DNA from: Candidatus Hydrogenedentota bacterium
Lineage (GTDB): Bacteria > Hydrogenedentota > Hydrogenedentia > Hydrogenedentales > SLHB01
Direction of reading: 5' to 3'
Length of the DNA: 64,000 nucleotides
Assembly (NCBI GenBank): GCA_034408725.1
Contig: JAWXCN010000152.1
Location: forward strand, 1-64,000
The notes beneath the pieces are model-generated. The model saw only the letters and a program-made list of their open reading frames with translations. It was not told the origin of the DNA and made no database searches. The position numbers and the translations under genes are program-made. Of the stretch, positions 9,501 to 16,852 are shown in pieces; position 1 is the stretch's first letter, and each line of letters opens with the position of its first letter.

Positions 9501-11177
9501 GAAGACGTGACAGGCGTCAATGCCGGCGACTTCGATCTCGTCACAACGGGCGTCACGGGTGCATCGGTCCTATCGCGCACACAACTCACTCCGAGCACGT
9601 ATACCGTATCCGTGAGCACGGGCACTGGCAATGGAACCGTCCTGCTCCAGCTTGACGACAACGATTCGATTCGCGACGCCGTGAACAATCCGCTCGGAGG
9701 CACGGGCAACGGCAACGGCGACTTCAACGGTGAAATCTACACCGTAGACAAGACTGCGCCGACCGTCACCGCGATTACGCGCGTGGGTGTGAATCCAACT
9801 AATTCATCCACCGTGCAGTGGGACGTTGAATTGAGCGAGGCCGTCAACGGATTGGTCGCGGCTGACTTCACGCTTGTCACCGTGGGTGTTAGCGGGGCCT
9901 TCATTGACAGCATCGTCGCGAACGCCCCCGACAGCTACCGCGTAACCGTCGCTACCGGCACGAACAATGGCACCATCCGCCTGAACTTCGTGGATAACGA
10001 CACGGTGACGGACCTTGCTTCCAACCCAATCGGCGGCCCAGGCCTTGGCAACGGAAATTTCACGGGGCAGCAGTATACCGTGCAAAAGAACGCGCCAGTG
10101 GTCAACTCGATCGTGCGGACGGACACGAGCCCAACCAATGCATCGAGCGTGGGGTACACCGTTACATTCTCGGAACCCGTCACCGGTGTGAATGCCGGCG
10201 ACTTCGCCTTACCAACGACCGGCCTTACCGGATTGTCCGTGATTTCGGTCACACAGAATACACCCTCGGAATATGCGGTCCAGGTGTCGACCGGCGCGGG
10301 AAGCGGAAGTTTGCGTCTGGACGTGATCGATAACGATTCCATCACCGACGTCACGGCAAACCCGCTCGGCGGCATCGGCTTGAACAACGGCAACTACATG
10401 CTGGGCGAAGTATATCTCGTGGATAGAACCATGCCGGCGGTAGCGGAAATTAGCCGGATCAGTTTGAACCCGACCAATGACGCAACCGTGAGTTTCTCGC
10501 TGATGTTTACCGAAGATGTCACCGGCGTTGGATTGGATGACGTTGCGCTCGAAACTATCGGCGTCACGGGCGCGAGCATCGTCAGTGTCACGCCGGTGGC
10601 CGCGGACGACTATGTTGTACTCGTGAATACCGGAAGCGGCGACGGGACAATCGAAGTCGTGCTGAATGACAACGACAGCATCGTGGACGACTTGAACCAT
10701 CCACTTGGCGGCGTCGGCGCAGGCAACGGCAATTTTGATGCCGGCGAAGCATTTACGATAGACCGCACACCGCCAACCGTACTGATCGGGAATCCGGCTC
10801 CAGGCTCCACGGTCAATGGCCCGGTTTACTACACTGTCGCATTCATCGGTGCGGACACTGTCTCATTGAATAACGCGATGGTAACCGTCAGCAGCACTGT
10901 AACGGCAGCAGGCACAGCGACGGTTTCAGGCACGGGCAACGCCGCGCGCCAAGTCGTCCTGAACGGCATCAGCGGAGAAGGCACTCTGGCCATCAGCATT
11001 GACGCGGGCGCGGCAATCGATGCCGCTGGCAACGTCAGCGTCGCGGTTGGTCCGAGCGCAACCGTCGAGGTGACGCTTACTCCAAGCGTACCCGTCAACC
11101 CGTGGTTGCTCCTGGGCACGATGTTGGCCGCATTCGCGGCATACTCCCTGGTTATAAGGAAACGGTTGCGAAACTAA
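3507..11177 (+). CDS. Giant cell-surface / adhesin-like protein: signal peptide, ELWxxDGT repeats, about 18 Ig-like repeats, C-terminal TM anchor or sorting signal
   Basis: ORF 3429..11177, start chosen at ATG 3507 (GAGGG RBS; alternative 3522). About 10 ELWxxDGT-type repeats (ELWMSDGT, EPYASNGT, ELYVTDGT, EPWVSDGT...). About 18 repeats of ~113 aa (P.V.SI.R...NPTNA..V.FTVTFSE.V.GV...DF...LRL...DNDSI.D...N.LGG.G.GNG.F...Y.ID). Tail PSVPVNPWLLLGTMLAAFAAYSLVIRKRLRN. Confidence 0.9.
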   Translation: MCSFTMGKNLFRNAALVACLLTTALPAFSAEDAFLVRDILSGTGSSTPTGQTVLGTKAYFSAAASGTNTELWMSDGTNAGTVLVREIQAGGTGSAPSNFAATSTFVFFVANDGSSGAEPYASNGTVGSGTLLMNIRPGGTGSTVANQTAAGTRVYFTANDNSTGIELYVTDGTPAGTLRPRDIRTGAGNSSTPLLLTPLGNSVVFEATDGTNGIEPWVSDGTLAGTIQLANLASGGASSNPTSMEVVPALGFVFFDADAAGSIGRELYRTNGTAAGTVLVSNINSAGNDANPTNLSSALGLLFFSADSGGNGIEPYVTNGTGAGTIQISNISSGGGDSNPYGFTEAGTLVYFAADGSNGIELYKSHGTTGGTALVEDIRSGGQDSTPANFTAFGTKLFFTANDGGGVEPWISDGTAAGTFELGDINSGNGSSNPGNIVVTPTYVYFTADDNGSTGIEWWRTDGTTTGTIQVHDIRGGGNDAAVSGAVTTNGYVLFSASNGTGGGQSGQELWGIEYTFPTAVSIVRASADPTNAATVNFTVTFSEGVSGVNAGDFAFTTTGSMAGMSIASVTPVSTTVYTVTVNTGTGAGTLRLDIDDNDSIQDLQGSNNPLGNTGVVNGDFTSGQSYTVDRQAPSVASIVLLDPNPTVAASVDYSVTISENVTGVNAADFSLTTAGITGAAITGVVQNTPSNYTVSVSTGIGGGTIRLDVTDNDSIIDGFSNPLGGAGAGNGSYTAGPSYNIDLVPPSVSTITRADANPTNAASVGFTVTFSENVTGVTTGDFALTTTGIGGASVSSVTPVSASVYTVAVNTGSGSGTVRLDVVDDDTILDLVGNRLGGLGAGTGNFNAGQVYTIDKVTPGVQSIVRAATNPTNAASVTFTVTFSEDVTGVNNGDFTLSTSGVAGASVSGTVQNTPNIYSVTVNTGTGSGTVRLDITDNDSIQDAAGNRLGGTGNGNGNFNAGEVYTIDKTGPAALSIVRAAASPTNAASIPFTVTFSENATGVNGADFNLTTTGVAGASVGSVSQVTPDVYTVNVNSGTGTGTVRLNFNDNDSVIDALGNPSGGAGAGNGNFSAGEVYTIDRTGPTVSTINRLDTNPTSAAVVDYEVTFSESVTGVNAGDFTFTLTGGVAGASVANVTENTPSTYTVAVNTGTGAGTLRLNFTDNDSVVDGLGNVAGGAGAGNANFTTGQVYTIDRTAPGVSTITRADANPTNLASVDFTVTFTENVTGVDTADFALNITGLTGTSVTSVTPVSGTVYTVAVSTGSGSGTLRLDVADNDTIADTASNLLGGAGAGNGNFTGGQSYTVDNEPPSVLSIVRAGANPTNAADVSFTVTFSENVTGVNNTDFSLTTGLSGTGITSTTQNTPSTYTVLVDAGTGSGTLRLNVIDNDSIRDTLTNRLGGNGNGNGNFTSGESYDIDRTAPTVLSINCDDPNPTSAAVVSFTVTFSEAVTGVNNGDFALQVSGVTGATIGTTTPITTSTYTVTVNTGTGAGTIRLNLNDNDSIRDLATNFLGGSGSGNGNFTGQQYTVDTNFPTVTSINRVEANPTNLASVNYLVTFSENVTGVNAGDFSVSAVTVAGATISNVSQNTPSTYTVTVSTGTGDGTLRLDFIDNDSVKDTSGNATGGTGPNNGNFTTGQSYTVDKTSPTATFVMPDPNPTRSNKVDFTLSFSESVGTSFDETDVAVYGSTGIGGRTSVSVTGSGAIYNVEVKIVAGNIDGIIGITIGSNVFDLAGNPFGGASSPETYTVDNTPPTAIVTLTDPNPTNLNAVHFNVLFSELVGTTFGNGDVTVAGTLAGGATKSVSGSDPNYTVTITPSNPNADGTIDIIIGTNVKDIAGNNFEGAASPTSYIIDNSFPMVSSIVRADANPTIAPTVNFTVMFSEDVSGVGTGDFVLTTTGVSGASIVSRTVLTPNTYTITVNTGSGSGTIRLDLDDNDSIDDISGNPLGGAGLGNGIFTTGEVYNIDHTPPTVQSIVRANANPTNAATVQYTVTFNEDVTGVNAGDFDLVTTGVTGASVLSRTQLTPSTYTVSVSTGTGNGTVLLQLDDNDSIRDAVNNPLGGTGNGNGDFNGEIYTVDKTAPTVTAITRVGVNPTNSSTVQWDVELSEAVNGLVAADFTLVTVGVSGAFIDSIVANAPDSYRVTVATGTNNGTIRLNFVDNDTVTDLASNPIGGPGLGNGNFTGQQYTVQKNAPVVNSIVRTDTSPTNASSVGYTVTFSEPVTGVNAGDFALPTTGLTGLSVISVTQNTPSEYAVQVSTGAGSGSLRLDVIDNDSITDVTANPLGGIGLNNGNYMLGEVYLVDRTMPAVAEISRISLNPTNDATVSFSLMFTEDVTGVGLDDVALETIGVTGASIVSVTPVAADDYVVLVNTGSGDGTIEVVLNDNDSIVDDLNHPLGGVGAGNGNFDAGEAFTIDRTPPTVLIGNPAPGSTVNGPVYYTVAFIGADTVSLNNAMVTVSSTVTAAGTATVSGTGNAARQVVLNGISGEGTLAISIDAGAAIDAAGNVSVAVGPSATVEVTLTPSVPVNPWLLLGTMLAAFAAYSLVIRKRLRN

Positions 11178-11206
11178 ACCGCTGCATCAGACGTAACGAA
11201 GTAGAA

Positions 11207-11247
11207 TCCGGCGTCACACAGGCTACTGTGTGGCGCAGGACTTTTTT
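11207..11247 (+). terminator. Probable intrinsic terminator after the surface protein gene
   Basis: Hairpin GCGTCACACAG-GCTA-CTGTGTGGCGC (one G-U pair), extendable by TCC/GGA, followed by CTTTTTT. Lies between convergent genes. Confidence 0.65.
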
Positions 11248-11293
11248 ACGCGATCCCGCAACACCAACTTCCGCGTGGTTGCGCCCAGACAGT

Positions 11294-12109
11294 TCATCCC
11301 GCGTCGCGATCAAACTCCGACCGAAACCGCCGCGTCATAATGGCATCGTACATCACCGGCGCGAACTTGCGCAGGAGCCATGCCAGCTTGCCGGTCCCTG
11401 ATAAAACAACCAGCCGTTTCCGTCGCGCAATCGCATCGATCGCCGCGGCCGCAACCTCCTCTGGCGCTGCGACAGAGGCTGTCTCGCTTCGGCCGCCTTG
11501 CGCTACCGAACCGTCCGCGGCCAGCGCTCGATGGTCAAGCCCGGAGCGCGTAAATGACGGGCAAACCATCGTAACGCCCACACCATGACGTTTGACTTCG
11601 CATCGCAGTGTTTCAAAATATCCGTGCAATGCGTGTTTGCTCGCGCAATACCCCGTGCGGCCCAACAGTGGCGCAAAGCCCGCCACGCTGCTCATCACGC
11701 CGATGACGCCGCGCCGTCGGATGAGTGAAGGCAATGCCGCGTGCGTGCAATGCACCGCGCCAAAGAAATTCACGTCCATTACCCGGCGATAAACACCGGG
11801 GGACGTGAGTTCTCCCAAACTGAAATGCGTGATGCCCGCGTTGTTGATGAGCACGTCGATGCCGCCAAACTCCGCGCAAACCTGCTCTATCGCCGACATG
11901 CAATTCAATGCATTCGACACGTCCACCGTTACGGATATTGCCCGCGCGCCGGTCGCAATCACGTCGTCATGGACGGATTGCAGCGCCGTCGCATCGATAT
12001 CAAGCAGCGCAATCGATGCGCCTTCACGCGCGAACTGCGTGCTCAACGCCGCTCCTATTCCGCCCGCTGCGCCAGTAATTGCCACTACCTTTCCATCGAA
12101 GCGCTTCAC
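11294..12109 (-). CDS. Short-chain dehydrogenase/reductase (classical SDR)
   Basis: TGAAGGIG, NNAG, SSVAG and YCASK catalytic motifs. Confidence 0.93.
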   Translation of the reverse strand: MKRFDGKVVAITGAAGGIGAALSTQFAREGASIALLDIDATALQSVHDDVIATGARAISVTVDVSNALNCMSAIEQVCAEFGGIDVLINNAGITHFSLGELTSPGVYRRVMDVNFFGAVHCTHAALPSLIRRRGVIGVMSSVAGFAPLLGRTGYCASKHALHGYFETLRCEVKRHGVGVTMVCPSFTRSGLDHRALAADGSVAQGGRSETASVAAPEEVAAAAIDAIARRKRLVVLSGTGKLAWLLRKFAPVMYDAIMTRRFRSEFDRDAG

Positions 12110-12111
12110 AG

Positions 12112-13083
12112 TTACAGCAACCCCTTACTCTGCGCATAAAAATCGAAGGCTTCCCGCGATGTTTTTTCGGGAACGTATCCAAATACATCTTTCAACCGAT
12201 CGTTGGCCAGCACCGGACGATACCGCAGAAAATCGATCTGCTCTGGCCCATACGGCGTCCGATTCATGCGCCTTAACACACGCAATGCAAGAGACAACAG
12301 CACGGGTGGTACCCCGACATACTTTTTGTTCAATCGCGCCGCGATGTCCTTCAACGTCATTGCCCCGTCACCGGCGAGATTAAAGATGCCCTCCCGCCGC
12401 TCGATAATACCCTTCACAACGCACGCGACAACATCCTGGTCCCAGATAAAAACGAAGGGCGACGGCGCGCCTGCAACTCCCATAATGGCCCTGCCCTCGA
12501 ATAACCTGGTGATCTGATTGGAAGTGCTTGAGCCCAGTATCGTACCCGGCCTGAAAATAAGTTGTCGAAGGTGCGGAGCGGACTCGCGATATGCCGCCAG
12601 CATTTCTTCGACCTGGCGCTTGTGGTCGGAATAAGCGAACGCGCTGTTGCCGCGAATCGGATCGTCCTCGCGCAACGGTTGCGCATTGTCCGCGTAATAC
12701 CCGTACGCCGCGCCACTGCTCGTAACGATAAGGTGCGATACGCCCGCGCGAAGGCAGCATTCCACAACATTTCGTGTGCCCCCGACATCCACGGAGTATT
12801 CGAACTCGCGGTTTGACTGTTTGCCAGGCGTAACGATGGACGCCAAATGCACGACAGTATCCGCGGCGAAACCGCGCAACAACGATTCAAGTCCTGCGTC
12901 GCGTACATCGCTCACGACATAATCAATTCCCGCTATGCGGCGGTCCTCCCCAATCTCCCGAACGTCCGCGGCGACAATGCGCGAAAACGCCTCGCGGCGT
13001 TCCGCCAGCTCGCGAATCGTCGCTGAACCAATATATCCGCCCGCGCCAGTCACAAGTACGGAAAGTGGTTTCGCCGCGGTCAT
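12112..13083 (-). CDS. NAD-dependent epimerase/dehydratase family (extended SDR)
   Basis: TGAGGYIG, VVHLA, SSGAAYG and YSDHK. Start MTAAKP at 13083 overlaps the upstream stop codon. Confidence 0.9.
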   Translation of the reverse strand: MTAAKPLSVLVTGAGGYIGSATIRELAERREAFSRIVAADVREIGEDRRIAGIDYVVSDVRDAGLESLLRGFAADTVVHLASIVTPGKQSNREFEYSVDVGGTRNVVECCLRAGVSHLIVTSSGAAYGYYADNAQPLREDDPIRGNSAFAYSDHKRQVEEMLAAYRESAPHLRQLIFRPGTILGSSTSNQITRLFEGRAIMGVAGAPSPFVFIWDQDVVACVVKGIIERREGIFNLAGDGAMTLKDIAARLNKKYVGVPPVLLSLALRVLRRMNRTPYGPEQIDFLRYRPVLANDRLKDVFGYVPEKTSREAFDFYAQSKGLL

Positions 13084-14009
13084 ATTTCGCTCTCGACCGT
13101 TGCAGAAACAAAAGGGATTCTCGACCAAAAACGGGCAAGCGTCAATCCCGCGACAATGTGCCAAATCCCCCAGAACCCGGCTAAGAGCGCCATGCCGCCG
13201 AGATGAGGGAAGTATTGAAAAATCAGCGCAAGGCCGAGCGCCGAGTTTTGTATCCCAACTTCGATCGTCACCGCGCGCGTGTCCGGCTTCGAGAGCCCCG
13301 CGATCTTGCTGGCGAAATATCCCGACGTGAAGGCAAGCGCATTGTGAGGAACCACCGCCAAAAGAATTAGGCCCATATGCGCGGTGAAGACGGAAATGTC
13401 GCGCGCGAATGCCACCACGATAATGAACAGCAACCCGCCGACGGATAGCATTTTGAACGGCTTGTGCAGCTTCCCGGCCACGCGGGGAAACCGGCCCGCG
13501 ACGAAAAGTCCCACCAGCAACGGAATGCCCAGAATGATGACGACGGTGAGAAGCATTTCGCTGGAACGCAGATCCACCTTTTGCAGTAATGTCGCGGTAT
13601 CCGGATTCAGTTTGCCGTAGAACGCGAAATTGAATGGCGTCATGACAATTGCCGCAAACGTCGATACCGCCGTCATACTCACCGAAAGCGCCGTGTTCCC
13701 CTTGGCAAGGTAGGTTATAAAATTGCTCATGTTCCCGCCGGGACAGGCCGCCACCAGGATCATGCCCAGCGCAATGCTCGGATGCGGTTTCAGAATCAAC
13801 GTGAGTAGATAGGTAAATGCAGGAAACAACACAAACTGCGCAACCAATCCGATCGCCACGGGCCTGGGCTGGCGCAACACTCTTTTGAAATCATCCGCTT
13901 TCAAATCCAGTGCCACGCCAAACATGATAACCGCGATAATCAGGTTCACCACCCAAACCGTGTCGGGGTTGAAACTGATCTTCACCGCATCGAGTTCCGG
14001 TGAGTTCAT
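13080..14009 (-). CDS. Bile acid:sodium symporter (BASS/SBF) family transporter
   Basis: Polytopic hydrophobic protein with MFGVAL, ACPGGNMSN, GNTALSVSMT and IEVGIQNS motifs. Confidence 0.93.
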   Translation of the reverse strand: MNSPELDAVKISFNPDTVWVVNLIIAVIMFGVALDLKADDFKRVLRQPRPVAIGLVAQFVLFPAFTYLLTLILKPHPSIALGMILVAACPGGNMSNFITYLAKGNTALSVSMTAVSTFAAIVMTPFNFAFYGKLNPDTATLLQKVDLRSSEMLLTVVIILGIPLLVGLFVAGRFPRVAGKLHKPFKMLSVGGLLFIIVVAFARDISVFTAHMGLILLAVVPHNALAFTSGYFASKIAGLSKPDTRAVTIEVGIQNSALGLALIFQYFPHLGGMALLAGFWGIWHIVAGLTLARFWSRIPFVSATVESEI

Positions 14010-14914
14010 GAGACCGCACCGGACTCGCTAGCTCGAATTTCAGACGCTGGCGCCGCAACACGGGGAAACAACGGATCAACGAATTCACTCACGGCGCGCC
14101 GGAAGTCGTCGGGGGCATCATAAAATGTCCCGTGTCCGCCTGGAAGGCGGGCAAATTCTTTTGGCTTGTTCGCAAGATGGAAAAGCGCGCGTCCTTGTTC
14201 AAACGGAACAAAATTGTCCTCCACGCCGTGAAGTATCAATACCGGCGACGTAACCTTTGCAATCTTTGAAGCATTGTCGAACCGATGCTTCAATAGAAGC
14301 CCGACGGGAAAATAAGGATACTGGGCGCTCGCATTGGCGGTGACACTGGTATACGGACTCAGCAGGACCAGCGCCCCAGGTTTTTTCGTATGCGCAAGCT
14401 CGACGCTCGGCCCGGTCCCCAATGATTCGCCAAACACCAGGATGCGTTCGGGCGGGATGCCCAACGATCCGGTCAAGTGCTCCCATGCGGCGCGCACGTC
14501 TGCATAGCAACGGACCTCGGAAGGTTTTCCGGTGCTCCGCCAATAACCGCCGTACTCGTACATAAAGATGCTAAAGCCGAGATCGTAAAACGATTTTGCC
14601 ATTTCCAGGCGTTCGCCCATGGTCTCGCCCAGGCCATGTGAAAACAGGACTACGCCGCGCGCGTTGTCTTGTTCCATGTACCAGAATTCGGATTGATGGT
14701 CTTCAACCGAAAGAAAACCGGAAGCGAAATCGGAAATCCCGACATCGAGAGGAGTGCGATCACTTACGGGCCTGTCCGGGAAAATGAGCCGATCCTGAAA
14801 GGTGTACAAGGCGGCAACCGCGGCACCATATAGCACGGCCACCGCAAGAAGTCCCCATGCGAGGCCCTTCCTCAGCCGCGCTCGCAACGTCCGCTTACGT
14901 GTTTCCGGTAACAC
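14006..14914 (-). CDS. Membrane-anchored alpha/beta hydrolase (ABHD13/ABHD17/YfhR-like)
   Basis: N-terminal TM helix, QDRLIFP, GESLG nucleophile elbow, HGVED and GGH. Confidence 0.88.
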   Translation of the reverse strand: MLPETRKRTLRARLRKGLAWGLLAVAVLYGAAVAALYTFQDRLIFPDRPVSDRTPLDVGISDFASGFLSVEDHQSEFWYMEQDNARGVVLFSHGLGETMGERLEMAKSFYDLGFSIFMYEYGGYWRSTGKPSEVRCYADVRAAWEHLTGSLGIPPERILVFGESLGTGPSVELAHTKKPGALVLLSPYTSVTANASAQYPYFPVGLLLKHRFDNASKIAKVTSPVLILHGVEDNFVPFEQGRALFHLANKPKEFARLPGGHGTFYDAPDDFRRAVSEFVDPLFPRVAAPASEIRASESGAVS

Positions 14915-14920
14915 GTGCCG

Positions 14921-16699
14921 TCACCGTCCCGCGGGCTCCTGGTGCATGTCCTTGAACGCGCGAAGGCTTGGCGCCCACATATGCGTCACGGGATCGACGT
15001 CGCAATGAATAACTGAACACCCGCCGGACGCACTCGCCCGTTCGAGCGCAGGTTTCAAATTGACCGGAGAATTTACGCGCTCGCCATGCGCGCCCATGCT
15101 CAGCGCAAGTTTGTCCCACTGTATTTCGCCAAGGTCGGCATTGATGGCGTCCAGCGGACCTAGCGATTCGTTCAGCGTGCCAAGCGACGTAAATTTCTGG
15201 CTCAACCCTTCCACGATCTTCCGGTACTTCTGCAGCGTAAACTGCTGGTTCATCTTCACCATGCCCCACTGCCGATCGCAACACACCAGATACGTGACCG
15301 CGAGTTTATTGCGAACCGCCGTCTCGATCTCTTGCGGCTGAAATCCCATCGCGCCGTCGCCGATGATGCAGTAGGCGTGCCGGTCCGGCGCAGCGACCTT
15401 TGCGCCCAACACCTGCGCGACACCGGCGCCAAGCATGCCAAACTTGGCTGTCTGTAAAATCGTGTTCGGCGCACGGGCCGTCCGGTAAAAATGCGCCCAG
15501 ATCGCTGTGTTCCCGCCGTCAACAACACAAATTGCGTCCTTGTCGAAATGTTGTTCACACGCACGGGCGACATGCCCCGCGTTTAACCCAGGGCCTTCCA
15601 GCCGTTCCCTAAGCGTTGCGAGATGGGCACTGCGCGCCTCGCCAAACTGCGCGAGTTTGTTTGCGCGTCCATTAACCGCCGGTTTGCGCGATTTCACTTC
15701 TTCAATCAACGCGCGCAGGAACACCTTGCAGTCCGCGAGGACAGCGATCGTTGCCGGCTTGTTCAGTCCAAGCATGTCCTCGTCAATATCAACCTGAATC
15801 ATTTTTTGTTGCGATGCCTGACGCCAATATGGCGCCTTGCCCCACCAATCCGTTTCGCCCAGCCGCGATCCCAGTGTGAGCACCACGTCCGCGTCGTTCC
15901 GCACCCGATGATTGAGCTCGACGTGGATCATCGCTATCGCCAGCGGATGGTCTTCCGGCAACGCACTGCGCGCGGCCCAGCTCGTCAAAACGGGCGCCTG
16001 CAATAGCTCGGCGAGTTCCTGCAATTCGGCGAACGCCATCGCGTGTACAACGCCGCTGCCCGCGTGAATGATCGGCAGACCGGCTTTCAACAGAAGGTCC
16101 GCGGCCGCCTCGATCTGTGCGCTGCACGGTGTGATTGGATCGGTGCGGCGATACTGATGCGGGTCGAGAAATGCCGGCGCGGCTTCCTCCCCGTTCATGA
16201 TGTTTTCAGGCACGTCCACGTGTACCACGCCCGGACGCCCATGAAACGATTTGCGAAAAGCGCGGCGCATCAACTCCGGCAACCGCGCATGCGAGGGAAC
16301 GGCGCCGCTCCATTTGGCCATCGGCTTGATAACGCCCACCTGATTAAAATATTGATAGGTGCCACCGCGATCCGGGTAGCCCGTGCCCGTGCGGCGTGTA
16401 CTGGTGAGTAGGAGCACACGATTGCCTTCACCGTTCTCGACAGCGATTCCCGGTAGAATGTTGGCCACGCCCGGGCCGTTGCTCGCCATGCACACGCCCA
16501 GCTTCCCGGTGATGCGCGCGTACGCGCCCGCCATGTGCGCCGCGCTCGTCTCGTGCCGCGGGGTGATCAAATCGATGTCATATTTGCGCAAACTCGAATA
16601 CAACCCGAAATACGTGCCGTCGATAATTCCGAACACCTTCTCGACGCCCTCAGCCTTCAGCATCCGCGCAATGACATCCCCACCCATCATCTTGTCCAT
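14921..16699 (-). CDS. Thiamine diphosphate-dependent enzyme (acetolactate synthase / lyase superfamily)
   Basis: GVEKVFG, RHE..AAHMAGAYARITG, GPG, GMLGAG and GDGAMGF...CCDRQWGMV. Start MDKMMGG at 16699 after an AGGGG RBS (ORF extends to 16837). Confidence 0.9.
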   Translation of the reverse strand: MDKMMGGDVIARMLKAEGVEKVFGIIDGTYFGLYSSLRKYDIDLITPRHETSAAHMAGAYARITGKLGVCMASNGPGVANILPGIAVENGEGNRVLLLTSTRRTGTGYPDRGGTYQYFNQVGVIKPMAKWSGAVPSHARLPELMRRAFRKSFHGRPGVVHVDVPENIMNGEEAAPAFLDPHQYRRTDPITPCSAQIEAAADLLLKAGLPIIHAGSGVVHAMAFAELQELAELLQAPVLTSWAARSALPEDHPLAIAMIHVELNHRVRNDADVVLTLGSRLGETDWWGKAPYWRQASQQKMIQVDIDEDMLGLNKPATIAVLADCKVFLRALIEEVKSRKPAVNGRANKLAQFGEARSAHLATLRERLEGPGLNAGHVARACEQHFDKDAICVVDGGNTAIWAHFYRTARAPNTILQTAKFGMLGAGVAQVLGAKVAAPDRHAYCIIGDGAMGFQPQEIETAVRNKLAVTYLVCCDRQWGMVKMNQQFTLQKYRKIVEGLSQKFTSLGTLNESLGPLDAINADLGEIQWDKLALSMGAHGERVNSPVNLKPALERASASGGCSVIHCDVDPVTHMWAPSLRAFKDMHQEPAGR

Positions 16700-16742
16700 G
16701 AATACACCCCTTGAACGCCCACCTGCAACGTGCATTGTGCGG

Positions 16743-16757
16743 CCAATCCCTGTGCCA
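16743..16757 (-). promoter_or_regulatory. Putative sigma54-type promoter (variant -12, TTGG) for the ThDP operon
   Basis: Minus strand TGGCACAGGGATTGG, 44 nt upstream of ATG 16699. Confidence 0.35.
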
Positions 16758-16852
16758 GTCAAGAGCATTGCCCGCCGCAGCGTTCTTTTGACAGGTGTGG
16801 CCAACCCCCGCTTCTTCCAAGGTCCGAGGGCCGGCATCGTTATAGTTTCCCT

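Noticed and set aside
5050..11090. Ig-like repeats as a diversity-generating retroelement target or recent tandem amplification
   Set aside because: Repeats differ at all base types and synonymous sites. No adenine-specific TR/VR pair and no reverse transcriptase is visible.
14921..16699. Calling the ThDP enzyme ilvB/ilvG
   Set aside because: No regulatory subunit or ilvC nearby, divergent motifs and a catabolic neighbourhood, so no gene symbol was assigned.
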